Under the pieces are notes generated by a model. That model saw only the letters and a list, made by a program, of their open reading frames with translations, searched no databases and was not told the origin of the DNA. 64,000 nt of DNA, taken from contig CAWAGQ010000013.1 of the NCBI GenBank assembly GCA_963781585.1, forward strand, positions 160,001-224,000, given 5' to 3'. The stretch is from an uncultured Gemmatimonadaceae bacterium. GTDB lineage: Bacteria > Gemmatimonadota > Gemmatimonadetes > Gemmatimonadales > Gemmatimonadaceae. Position 1 is the stretch's first letter; each line of letters opens with the position of its first letter. Shown here piece after piece: positions 28,594-37,722 of the stretch. The position numbers and the translations under genes are program-made.

Positions 28594-31248
28594 ATGTCCA
28601 ACGCAGTGTTGCGGTCCGTGGGCGGGCACAGCGCGGTTCCCGCGCCTCCGAAGGCGCGGCACGACAAATCGAGTGACGAGCGGTCGCGCCTGACGCCGCG
28701 CCGACGCCGGCTCCGGCAGTGGGGAATGCTGGCCGGCGTGCTGACCCTGTTTGGCACCGCACTCTTCCTGTTGCACCGCGAGCTGGCGCGGTACAGCTAT
28801 CGCAACATCGCCCAGGCAGTCCGCGACATCCCGACGCCGCTGCTGATTCTCGCCGGGGCGGCGACCGCCGCCTCGTATGCGCTGCTGTTCGGATACGACT
28901 GGCTGGCGCTGCGCTATGTGGGGCGCCGCCTGACGATTCGGCGCACCGCGCTGGCGTCGTTCATCGCCTACGCGTTCAGCCAGAGCCTGGGTGTGTCGGC
29001 CCTGACCGGGGCGTCGGTCCGGTTCCGCTTCTGGTCGGCGTGGGGGTTGTCGCCGGAGGAGATCGCGCAGGGCGTCGCGTTCACCACGGCGGCGTTCTGG
29101 CTGGGGGCATCGACGCTGGGTGGTCTGGCGGCACTCGCCGCCGGCGGCGTTGCACCCGGACTGGTTCCACCGGTGTTGTCGGGTGTCGGCGGCGTACTGC
29201 TCCTGCTGCCGGCGGTGGCGTACCTGGTGTGGGTCGGCCGCGGACGCCCGACGCTGGCGCTGCGGCGCTGGTCGCTCCATCCGCCGGCCCCACGGTTGGC
29301 GGTGGCGCAGATCGTCGTGGCCAGTCTCGACTGGACGCTGGCCGGTGTGGCGCTCTACCTGGTGCTCCCGCACGACGGGGGGCTGACGCTGGCACGGCTG
29401 CTCGGGGCGTTCCTGATCGCGCAGATGGCGGGTCTGGCCAGCCACGTACCGGGCGGGGTGGGCGTGTTCGATACCACGATGCTCGTGCTCCTCGAACGCT
29501 ATGCACCGGTGCCGCGGATCGCGGCCTCGCTGCTCGCCTACCGGTTCATCTACTACCTGCTCCCGTTAGGCGCGGCGACCATCGCGTTCGCGGCGCACGA
29601 GATGACGGTGCGGCGGCGGATGGTGACGCGGGCGGTCCGGATCGTCGGCCGGGTGGTCGCTTCGTCCGCCCCGTTCTGGCTGAGCGGCGCCACGTTCGTC
29701 GCCGGAGTGCTGCTCCTGGCATCGGGATCGACGCCGTCGGTGCACAGCCGGCTGCGGTTCCTCGACGCGCTGTTCCCGCTGGCGGTGATCGAGCTGTCCC
29801 ACTTCGCCGCCAGCGTCGTGGGCGTGGTACTGCTGCTGGTGGCCAACGGGCTGCGACGCCGGCTCGACGCGGCTTGGCACGTGGCGGTGGCGTTGCTGGC
29901 GGTGGGCATCGGCGCGTCGTTGCTCAAAGGCGGCGATTACGAAGAGGCTCTCACGCTGGCGATCGTGCTTGGCGCCCTGCTGCCGGCGCGCCGCCACTTC
30001 TACCGTCGGGCGGCGCTGCTGGCCGAGCCGCTGTCGGCGGGGTGGATGGTGGCGGTGACGCTGGCGATCGCGGCCACCACCTGGCTCGGGATCTTCTCGT
30101 TCAAGCACGTTCCGTATCGCGCGAGCATGTGGTGGCGCTTCGCCACCACCGCGGACGCGCCGCGGTTCCTCAGGGCGACGGTCGGGGTGGCGGTGGTGCT
30201 GATCGGGTATGCGATGGCGCGGTTGCTGCGGCCTTCACGGGCGCGCACCGTGAGGCCGTCGCCCGCGGAACTGGCGCGCGCCGGCGAGGTGGTGTCGGCG
30301 GCCGGGTCGGGCGACCCGTACCTCGCCCTGCTTGGCGACAAGAGCCTGCTTTTCTCGAAGTCGGGACGCGGCCTCCTGATGTACGGTGTGCATCGGGACG
30401 TGTGGGTGGCGCTTGGGGATCCGGTGGCGACGCCCGGGGAGGCCCGCCAGCTGGTGTGGGAGTTCTGTGAGCAGGCCGACGCGCACGGGGGGTATCCCGC
30501 GTTCTACGAGATCGGCCACGACAGCCTGCCGATGTACGTCGACCTGGGGCTGTCGCTGGTGAAGGTTGGCGAGGAAGCCCGCGTGTCGCTGCCGAGCTTC
30601 GCCCTGGACGGGGGAGGGCGAAAGGGCCTGCGGCGGGCGCTCCGCGACGGGGAGCGCGCCGGCCTCAGTCTCCAGATCGTTCGTCCGCCGTTCCAGCCCC
30701 TGCTGATGGAGGAACTGGCGGCTCTGTCCGACGCCTGGCTGGCGGAGCGCCACACGCGCGAGAAGGGATTCTCGTTAGGCTTCTTCGATGTCGACTACCT
30801 CGAGCGGTTTCCGCTGGCGCTGGTCTGGCAGGGCAGCCGGGTGGTCGCGTTCGCCAACCTGTGGATGTCGGCCGGGAACCAGGAGTTGTCGGTAGACCTC
30901 ATGCGGCACGTCCCCGATGCGCCCGACGGGGTGATGGACTTCCTGTTCCTGCGGCTGATGCTCTGGGGGCGCGAGGCGGGCTTCTCGTGGTTCAACCTCG
31001 GCATGGCCCCGCTCTCCGGGTTCGAGACGCATTCGCTGGCGCCGCTCTGGAGCCGGCTCGGCGCACTCGTGTACCGCCATGGCGAGCATTTCTACAACTT
31101 CCGCGGACTCCGGCAGTACAAGGAGAAATTCGATCCGGTGTGGACGCCGAAATATCTCGCGTCGCCGGGCGGGTGGCGGCTCCCGGTGGTGCTCGGAAGC
31201 ATCGCCGCGCTGATCGGCGGTGGGTTCAAGGGAGTGGTCGCGAAGTGA
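28594..31248 (+). CDS. mprF: Bifunctional aminoacyl-phosphatidylglycerol flippase/synthase
   Basis: Many TM segments, SHVPGGVGVF, LAYRFIYY, LALLGDK, ALGDP, EKGFSLG, SVDLMR, NLGMAPL, YNFRGLRQYKEKF. Confidence 0.93.
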   Translation: MSNAVLRSVGGHSAVPAPPKARHDKSSDERSRLTPRRRRLRQWGMLAGVLTLFGTALFLLHRELARYSYRNIAQAVRDIPTPLLILAGAATAASYALLFGYDWLALRYVGRRLTIRRTALASFIAYAFSQSLGVSALTGASVRFRFWSAWGLSPEEIAQGVAFTTAAFWLGASTLGGLAALAAGGVAPGLVPPVLSGVGGVLLLLPAVAYLVWVGRGRPTLALRRWSLHPPAPRLAVAQIVVASLDWTLAGVALYLVLPHDGGLTLARLLGAFLIAQMAGLASHVPGGVGVFDTTMLVLLERYAPVPRIAASLLAYRFIYYLLPLGAATIAFAAHEMTVRRRMVTRAVRIVGRVVASSAPFWLSGATFVAGVLLLASGSTPSVHSRLRFLDALFPLAVIELSHFAASVVGVVLLLVANGLRRRLDAAWHVAVALLAVGIGASLLKGGDYEEALTLAIVLGALLPARRHFYRRAALLAEPLSAGWMVAVTLAIAATTWLGIFSFKHVPYRASMWWRFATTADAPRFLRATVGVAVVLIGYAMARLLRPSRARTVRPSPAELARAGEVVSAAGSGDPYLALLGDKSLLFSKSGRGLLMYGVHRDVWVALGDPVATPGEARQLVWEFCEQADAHGGYPAFYEIGHDSLPMYVDLGLSLVKVGEEARVSLPSFALDGGGRKGLRRALRDGERAGLSLQIVRPPFQPLLMEELAALSDAWLAERHTREKGFSLGFFDVDYLERFPLALVWQGSRVVAFANLWMSAGNQELSVDLMRHVPDAPDGVMDFLFLRLMLWGREAGFSWFNLGMAPLSGFETHSLAPLWSRLGALVYRHGEHFYNFRGLRQYKEKFDPVWTPKYLASPGGWRLPVVLGSIAALIGGGFKGVVAK

Positions 31249-32051
31249 GCGACGGTTCACGACCTCGTCGGCGCTGGAGATGGTCCGTCGTGTGCGTCCT
31301 CTGCATGTCGACGCTGGGGTGCGAAACCACTGGATCGGCCGGGCACGCAGATGGCTCCGACGGCGATTCGCGGATGGCTGCGGCCACTCCGACGTCGGAG
31401 GGCCACCTGCGATCGCTTCCCCTGTTCACGGTGGCGGCGGCGAGGGACGGAAACTGGCTGGCCATGTTCATGACCGGGGACGAAGGATGGAGCGATGCCG
31501 ATCGCGTCCTGGCGGGCGATCTGGCGGCGCGCGGGATGCCGGTGGTGGCCCTCGATGCGCGAACGTATCTGTCGCGCCGCCGAACTCCCGACCAGGTGGC
31601 CGATGACGTGGCGGCGACGCTGGCGCGGTACCTCGGTGTGTGGCGTCGAGAACGCATTCTGCTGCTCGGGTATTCGCGCGGAGCGGACGTCATGCCATTC
31701 GTGGCGAACCGCCTGCCGGACAGCCTGCGGGCCCGGGTGGGGCTGGTTGCCCTGATGAACGTGGCGGCCTGGGCCGGATTCCAGTTCCATTGGCGCGACC
31801 TGTTCATGACGACGCGCCGGGCGACGGACTTTCCGGTCCTCCCCGAGCTGGAACGGCTGCGCGGGACGCCGGTGCTCTGCGTCTACACCGCCGACGAAAA
31901 GGACTCGTTATGCAGGCGCATCGACCCGACGCTCGCCCAGCGGTACGAACGCCGGGGTGTGCACCGGCTGCGACCCGGCGACGTCGCGGAGGTCGAACGC
32001 GCGCTCGGGCGCGCGCTGGCCTCGCCCGGATTGGCTTCGCCAAACCGATGA
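31245..32051 (+). CDS. AcvB/VirJ-family alpha/beta hydrolase (lysyl-PG hydrolase-like)
   Basis: TGDEGW, LLGYSRGADV, VLCVY...DSLC, GVH; GTG overlaps the mprF stop. Confidence 0.85.
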   Translation: MSDGSRPRRRWRWSVVCVLCMSTLGCETTGSAGHADGSDGDSRMAAATPTSEGHLRSLPLFTVAAARDGNWLAMFMTGDEGWSDADRVLAGDLAARGMPVVALDARTYLSRRRTPDQVADDVAATLARYLGVWRRERILLLGYSRGADVMPFVANRLPDSLRARVGLVALMNVAAWAGFQFHWRDLFMTTRRATDFPVLPELERLRGTPVLCVYTADEKDSLCRRIDPTLAQRYERRGVHRLRPGDVAEVERALGRALASPGLASPNR

Positions 32052-32842
32052 CCGCGGCGTCGGAAACCCATCGCCCTCACCGTACCCGGAAGCGCTGGTT
32101 ACTGGCAGCGATCCCGATCGCGGTCTTGTCATGCGCTCCGGCGAGGCCGACCTATGTGCCGCGCGATCCGGCGCTGCGCCGTGAACCGCTCTACTTCTAC
32201 CCCGCGCGCGGCACGCCGCGGGCGATGCTCTTCTTCCTCGGCAACGACGTCGGATTCTGGGACGCGCATCAGCGCCTCGCCATGCGCGTCTCGGCAAACG
32301 GAGTTGCGGCCGTGGGCCTCGACGTGCGGCCGATCCTCCGGACACTGCCGGCGGGGCCGCAGGCGCGACGGGCGTCGGAGTACGCGAGCGCCATCACGCG
32401 ACTCATTGCCGGGGCACGACGCGAGCTGGGCGTCCAGGACCGCCCGCTCCTGATTGGCGGTCACTCCATCGGCGCCGAACTCGCGGTGTATACGGCAGCC
32501 CAGGTGCCACTCCCCGGGCTCGTGGGCGTGCTCGCCCTGAGCCCCGGACTGAGAGGACACCTCCGGGTTTCGCTGGGCGACATCTTCATGTCGGGGGAAC
32601 CCACCGAACCGGGAAGTTTTGCGCTGGCGGACGAGATTCGCGCGCTGCCGTCGCGCGTGGCCGTTGCAATCGTACGCGGACAGCGTGACCCGTATCCCAA
32701 CGCGGATTCGGCGTTCGCGGTGGCCGGTGGGGAGCGCCTGCGGCGTTGGGCGGTGCCGTTCGCGGGGCACTCGCTCAAGCAGCTCGTGCTCACCTGGCCG
32801 GTAGTCGCGCGCGCGCTCACTTATCTCCTGACCGAGGAGTAG
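32048..32842 (+). CDS. Second VirJ-like alpha/beta hydrolase, probable lipoprotein
   Basis: Lipobox VLSC, GNDVGFW, GGHSIGAE, AGHS; ATGA overlap with the upstream gene. Confidence 0.7.
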   Translation: MTAASETHRPHRTRKRWLLAAIPIAVLSCAPARPTYVPRDPALRREPLYFYPARGTPRAMLFFLGNDVGFWDAHQRLAMRVSANGVAAVGLDVRPILRTLPAGPQARRASEYASAITRLIAGARRELGVQDRPLLIGGHSIGAELAVYTAAQVPLPGLVGVLALSPGLRGHLRVSLGDIFMSGEPTEPGSFALADEIRALPSRVAVAIVRGQRDPYPNADSAFAVAGGERLRRWAVPFAGHSLKQLVLTWPVVARALTYLLTEE

Positions 32843-32973
32843 AGCCGGCGTCCTGGCGCCGCCGGAGTCGGACGCGTGCCAGCGGCGTTTTGCGCCATTG
32901 TCACGCCAGGACGGGTGCCTTCGCGGTCACCCACGATTTCACCGGCCGGATCGACGGCCTCGGGTCTACGACC

Positions 32974-33627
32974 TCATCCTTCGTCGAGGAAGACCAACGC
33001 GCGCCCGCTGGCGACCACGCGCGCGAGGGCCGGGAGCACCGATGGACATACCACCGGCGTATCGAGCCCCAGCAGGTATTCGATGGCCTGCTGGCTCGTC
33101 ATGTAGCTTCGGTACGCCCGCGGCGACGTCAGGGCATCGAACACATCGGCGGCGCCTACGATCCGACCCCCCAATGAGATCGTGTCGCCCTTCAGTCCCT
33201 GGGGGTAGCCGCTGCCGTCCCGACGCTCCTGGTGGTGCCGGATGAACTCGATCACCGGTCCCAGATGGGTGAGCGGCGCGAGGATTTCGAGGCTGATGCG
33301 CACCGAGTCGCGAACGTGTGCGTACTCCTCGTCGGTGAGTCTCGCCGGCTTGTTGAGCACTTCCTCGCGGATGCCGATCTTCCCCACGTCGTGCAGCCGG
33401 CCGGCCAGGCGCACCTGCTCCACGAAGTCGTCACCCAGGTTGAGTTCGGCCGCGATCGAGGCCGCGGTCGCGGCCACGCGCTCGGAATGCCCGCGCAGGA
33501 ATGGGCTCTTGGCTTCCATCGCGTTGATGAGCGCTTGCGCGATGTTCGTGCTGAGCTCTTCCAGACGCTGATTCTCCCGCTCCAAAGCCGAGAGATCGGA
33601 GGGTCGTCCGCTGAGATGAGAAGTCAT
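32974..33627 (-). CDS. Stand-alone HD-GYP phosphodiesterase
   Basis: GHSERV, LHDVGKIG, HHQERRDGSGYP, ADVFDALTSPRAYR. Confidence 0.87.
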   Translation of the reverse strand: MTSHLSGRPSDLSALERENQRLEELSTNIAQALINAMEAKSPFLRGHSERVAATAASIAAELNLGDDFVEQVRLAGRLHDVGKIGIREEVLNKPARLTDEEYAHVRDSVRISLEILAPLTHLGPVIEFIRHHQERRDGSGYPQGLKGDTISLGGRIVGAADVFDALTSPRAYRSYMTSQQAIEYLLGLDTPVVCPSVLPALARVVASGRALVFLDEG

Positions 33628-33912
33628 CAGGGAATCTGGGGGTGGGGACGCGACAAGATCGGCGTCGTCACCACCTGCGACCGACACGCCAGGGGAACCT
33701 TCGATACACGAGGTAACATGTATCGGTCTGAGATGGAGCCGTCCTGATTGACGAGCGCTCCCGCCGGAACGTCCCGCGCTGACCGGGGGCGGCACGCATT
33801 GGGGCACCGGCATATCGGCCACGTAACCGTCTTCAGGCGCCCTCCTGGCAAACGGCAATCTACCTCTCGCGGGCGGCCCGGAAAGCGCGCCGGCCAAAAC
33901 GGGCCGCCCTTC

Positions 33913-33949
33913 GCGGGGGCCTCCCACGAGGGTGCGGTGGAGGCCCCGC
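33913..33949 (-). terminator. Hairpin downstream of dps
   Basis: GCGGGG(G)CCTCC...GGAGGCCCCGC. Confidence 0.45.
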
Positions 33950-33974
33950 CTGAGACGCGGGAGCGCCCGGTGGG

Positions 33975-34571
33975 TCAGGCGCGCAGGACCGGCACGTCCA
34001 CCACGTGTTCGGCAAGGAACCAGGCCTGCATCTCGTTGCGTCGAACGATGTCGCTCACGATCAGGTCGTTGGTGCCGTCGTCTCCCGAGTTCGCGGCGCG
34101 GTGCGCCATCGACCGCGCTTCCTCGAGCAGGATCTCGTGCGCGAAGAGCAGGCGCGAGATCTGTACCGGCGCTTCCTCGCGGCCTTTCGGAGGACGCGGG
34201 ATCAGGGTCGTCTCGGCGACATCGGGCGCCATGGCGATGCTCACGCCTCCCAGCTGCTGCACGCGCTCGGCGATCAGATCGACCAGTTCGTTCTGCTCCG
34301 CGTAATGCTTGTCGAAGAGGAGATGAAGCTGGTAGAACGTTGGACCGCTCACCTGCCAGTGGTGCTTCTTGTACAGGTCACGCAACGTGATCGTGTCAGC
34401 GAGGAGCTGATTGAGGTTCTCGGCGGATTCGGCGCAGACCTTCTGCGACAGGGCGATCGGGCGCTTGGCGATGTGCCCGTAGGGTTGCACCTCATGAGCG
34501 TGCTGGTTCAGCACTGGACGCGCCCGCGTGATCACGGCCTCGGCGTCCCGGGTCTTCTTGTTGTTCTTCAT
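33975..34571 (-). CDS. dps: Dps DNA-protection ferritin-like protein
   Basis: KKHHWQVSGPTFYQLHLLFD, DLIAERV, DDGTNDL, QAWFL. Confidence 0.92.
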   Translation of the reverse strand: MKNNKKTRDAEAVITRARPVLNQHAHEVQPYGHIAKRPIALSQKVCAESAENLNQLLADTITLRDLYKKHHWQVSGPTFYQLHLLFDKHYAEQNELVDLIAERVQQLGGVSIAMAPDVAETTLIPRPPKGREEAPVQISRLLFAHEILLEEARSMAHRAANSGDDGTNDLIVSDIVRRNEMQAWFLAEHVVDVPVLRA

Positions 34572-34759
34572 CGTATGGACTCCCGGTCCTGGTTCAGTTT
34601 GGCAGGTGTTGTCTCTCCGTGCCCTCGGTTGTTCGCATCATAAGTGGTACGCACGATCGCGCGCGAACGCAGTCGCGCGATGCCCGGCGGATCGACCGGG
34701 AAACGCCGATTCCGCTTCGAACGGGAGCGTGCTTCGCCTCCCCCTTCGGATCGGGGACC

Positions 34760-36454
34760 CTACCCGGCCAGGTACTGGTGGACGGCCGAGATCGCAATCG
34801 AGCCCTCGCCAACAGCGGATGAGACGCGCTTGACGCTGTCGGCTCGGACGTCGCCCACGGCGAAGACGCCCGGGAGGCTGGTCTCGAGGAGGAAGGGCGA
34901 ACGGGCCAACGGCCAGTGCGCCGCCGCGAGGTCCTCCGGCGTCAGGGACGTCCCCGTCTTGATGAATCCCCGCGCATCCATTGCGACGCATCGCTCGAGC
35001 CACTCGGTGCTCGGCGCGGCGCCGGTCATGGAGAAGACGTGGCGTACGCCGAGGGTCTCCGAATGGCCGGTCTGATTGTCTCGCCACGTCACCTGCTCGA
35101 GATGGACGTTGCCGTCGAGCCCGACGATCTCGGTGAATGGGTGGAGCTCGATGTCGGGGTGGTCCTCGATCCGCCGGATCAGATAGCGCGACATCGTATC
35201 GCGCAGGCCGGCCGAGCGCACCAGTACGTGCACCGTGCGCGCCGTCTGGGCGAGGAAGACGGCGGCCTGGCCGGCCGAATTGCCTCCGCCGACCACGATC
35301 ACGTCTTCGCCATCACAGAGCTGCGCCTCCATGAAGGTTGCTGCGTAGTAGACGCCGGCGCCTTCGAACCGCGCAAGGTTTTCGATGGTGAGGCGCCGAT
35401 ATTCCGCCCCGGTGGCGATCACGACCGCGCGCGCGGGGATCCGCTGGCCGTCGCCGATCTCGAGGGCGAAGGGGCGGCGGTCGCACGAGAGCCTGGTGGC
35501 GTTGCGCGCGACCATGACCTGGGCGCCGAATTTCTGCGCCTGCACGTGGGCGCGCGCGGCCAGCTCCTGGCCCGAGACGCCGGTGGGGAATCCCAGGTAG
35601 TTTTCGATGCGCGAACTGGAGCCCGCTTGTCCGCCGGGGGCGGTGGATTCGACGACGAGGACGTCGAGCCCCTCGGACGCGCCGTAGACGGCCGCGGCCA
35701 GGCCCGCAGGCCCGGCGCCAACGACGACCACGTCGCGCAGCCGGGCCTGGTTGATGTCTTCGTTGAAGCCAAGGCAGTCGGCGATTTCCTGATTGGATGG
35801 ATTGCGCAGGACGATCTCGCCGCGACAGATCAGCACCGGGATGTCGTGCACGTCGATGTGGAAGCGATCGAGCAGGTCCTGCACCTGCGGGTCGCGATCG
35901 AGATCGAGTGACGTGTAGGGATGCCCATTCCTGGTGAGGAATTCGCGCACGCGCAGCGTGCCCTGACAGTGATTCGAGCCGATGAGCACCACGTCACCGA
36001 TGCCGCGAGCAATGAGCTCCACGCGCCGCAGGATGAATGCCCGCATGAGGATGTCGCTCAGCTCGCCGTCGGTCTGGATGAGGGCGAGCAGGCGCTCGCG
36101 ATCCACTTCGATGACCTCGCCGGGCTCGCCGCCGCGAATGAGCACCATGCCCGGGCGCCCGCTCAGCATGTTTCCCTCGCCCGTGAACTTGCCGGGGCCG
36201 AAGACGGCAATGAGGTCGCCGCCCGACGCGGCTGGTCGGACGAGCTCGATGGTGCCGGATACCACCACGAAGCTGTGTGTGACGGGTTTCCCCGGTTCGA
36301 CGAGGACCTCGCCGTGCGCGACCTGCCGTCGGCGGCCGTGGCCGGCGATTCGGTCCAGCAGTGCGGGGGAGAGGGTGGGATAGACCTGATCGATCCGCTC
36401 GGGGTGGGCGAGGGGGAGGACGGCGGTTTCGAGGGTGGCGTTCACGTTAGGCAT
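34760..36454 (-). CDS. cNMP-binding domain fused to a thioredoxin-reductase-like FAD oxidoreductase
   Basis: N-terminal cNMP fold, GAGPAG, GGQAGSSSRIENYLGFP, GGGNSA, FAVGDVR; GGAG RBS before the ATG at 36454. Confidence 0.88.
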   Translation of the reverse strand: MPNVNATLETAVLPLAHPERIDQVYPTLSPALLDRIAGHGRRRQVAHGEVLVEPGKPVTHSFVVVSGTIELVRPAASGGDLIAVFGPGKFTGEGNMLSGRPGMVLIRGGEPGEVIEVDRERLLALIQTDGELSDILMRAFILRRVELIARGIGDVVLIGSNHCQGTLRVREFLTRNGHPYTSLDLDRDPQVQDLLDRFHIDVHDIPVLICRGEIVLRNPSNQEIADCLGFNEDINQARLRDVVVVGAGPAGLAAAVYGASEGLDVLVVESTAPGGQAGSSSRIENYLGFPTGVSGQELAARAHVQAQKFGAQVMVARNATRLSCDRRPFALEIGDGQRIPARAVVIATGAEYRRLTIENLARFEGAGVYYAATFMEAQLCDGEDVIVVGGGNSAGQAAVFLAQTARTVHVLVRSAGLRDTMSRYLIRRIEDHPDIELHPFTEIVGLDGNVHLEQVTWRDNQTGHSETLGVRHVFSMTGAAPSTEWLERCVAMDARGFIKTGTSLTPEDLAAAHWPLARSPFLLETSLPGVFAVGDVRADSVKRVSSAVGEGSIAISAVHQYLAG

Positions 36455-36763
36455 GGAGCGGCTCCGCATCGATGGAAGCGGAGTGGGTTCGGTCGTGCGC
36501 CTTCGCGGCGCGGCACATCCAGGATGCCGGGGTGCGTCCTGTTCGTAAGGTAGTGCGGGCGTCTACCCCTTGTCGGCGCAGGTGACCGGCGGCAGGCGAG
36601 AGCTGGTGTGTTCGGGCTTGTGGCGGACCGGACAGCGGGGGGGTTGAGGGCGGTCGCTGAGCTGGCGGGGCCTCAGGCGCGTTTTGAGACGGTTTCGGCC
36701 GCCGTGCGGCTGTGTAGCCGATGGCATGCAGGGGCAAGTAAGTTTCGTTCCTTGTTTGTCTTC

Positions 36764-36836
<73 letters not shown>

Positions 36837-36981
36837 TGCTCCGGTGCGCCAAGCGGTCGCGCTGCACTGCACCTCGCGGCCGGTTGCGCGCGAAATTGGG
36901 AGCTTTGGCACCAGCAATCGTTCGCGTCGACGTCGTGCGGGAAAGCGTGCTGCGGGCGCTGTGGGAGGGGGGGCTGGACGA

Positions 36982-37557
36982 TTAGATGAACAAGTCGGCC
37001 AGCTCACACGCGAACCCCGGCAGCACATCCTCGCCGTCCAATGCCCCGCTGTGGTCGACATACGACTCGCTTCCGTCCGCGCGATAAATCCTCGCCTGCG
37101 CGCGAGCCGGATCGATGACCCACACGAGGCGACTTCCGGCGTCGAGCCAGTCGGCGACCTTCGACAGCACTGCTGCGGGTCGCTCCCCTGGAGACAACAC
37201 CTCGACGGCAAGGTCGGGCGCCAGGGAGGCGTAGCCGGCGGGGAGAGGCGAAGGCAGACGATCAGTGGAGACGAATGCCACGTCCGCGGCCCGTACCGTG
37301 TCCGGATCGCGCGCAAGCTGGAACCCCGTTTCCGCGGCGAAGACACGCCCCAGACCCTGCGCCTTGACGTGATTGGCGAGCAGCGCTGCCAGCTCGAGGG
37401 AGACGGCGCCATGTCGGGATCCCGGCGGCTCGCTGACCCGCAGTCGCCCGCGAACGAGCTCGGTCCGCTTGCCCGGCGCGTCGATCTGCAGCAATTCCCC
37501 CGCGGTGACGAGCGCGTTCGGCGGCATATCCGGAAGGTACCGCGGAGCAGTCGACAT
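36982..37557 (-). CDS. Uma2-family (PD-(D/E)xK) endonuclease-like protein
   Basis: ELVRG, DTVRAADVAF, APDLAVEVLSP, GSRLVWVIDP, DVLPGF. Confidence 0.88.
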   Translation of the reverse strand: MSTAPRYLPDMPPNALVTAGELLQIDAPGKRTELVRGRLRVSEPPGSRHGAVSLELAALLANHVKAQGLGRVFAAETGFQLARDPDTVRAADVAFVSTDRLPSPLPAGYASLAPDLAVEVLSPGERPAAVLSKVADWLDAGSRLVWVIDPARAQARIYRADGSESYVDHSGALDGEDVLPGFACELADLFI

Positions 37558-37722
37558 GGGGAGGCAATTTCGGGCGCGCGCGTCACAACGGCGTCACCCG
37601 ACGCGGGCGGCGACGGACAGGAACGTCAACCTGTTCGAGTCCCGGGAGAGCAACACATCGACGGCGCTGTCGGCTGGTGCGCGATCGCCGAGCACGTCCG
37701 ACGCGAACGGCTCACTGCGCGC

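Noticed and set aside
33630..33900. c-di-GMP riboswitch upstream of the HD-GYP gene
   Set aside because: No recognisable class I or II consensus; an Rfam/Infernal scan would be decisive.
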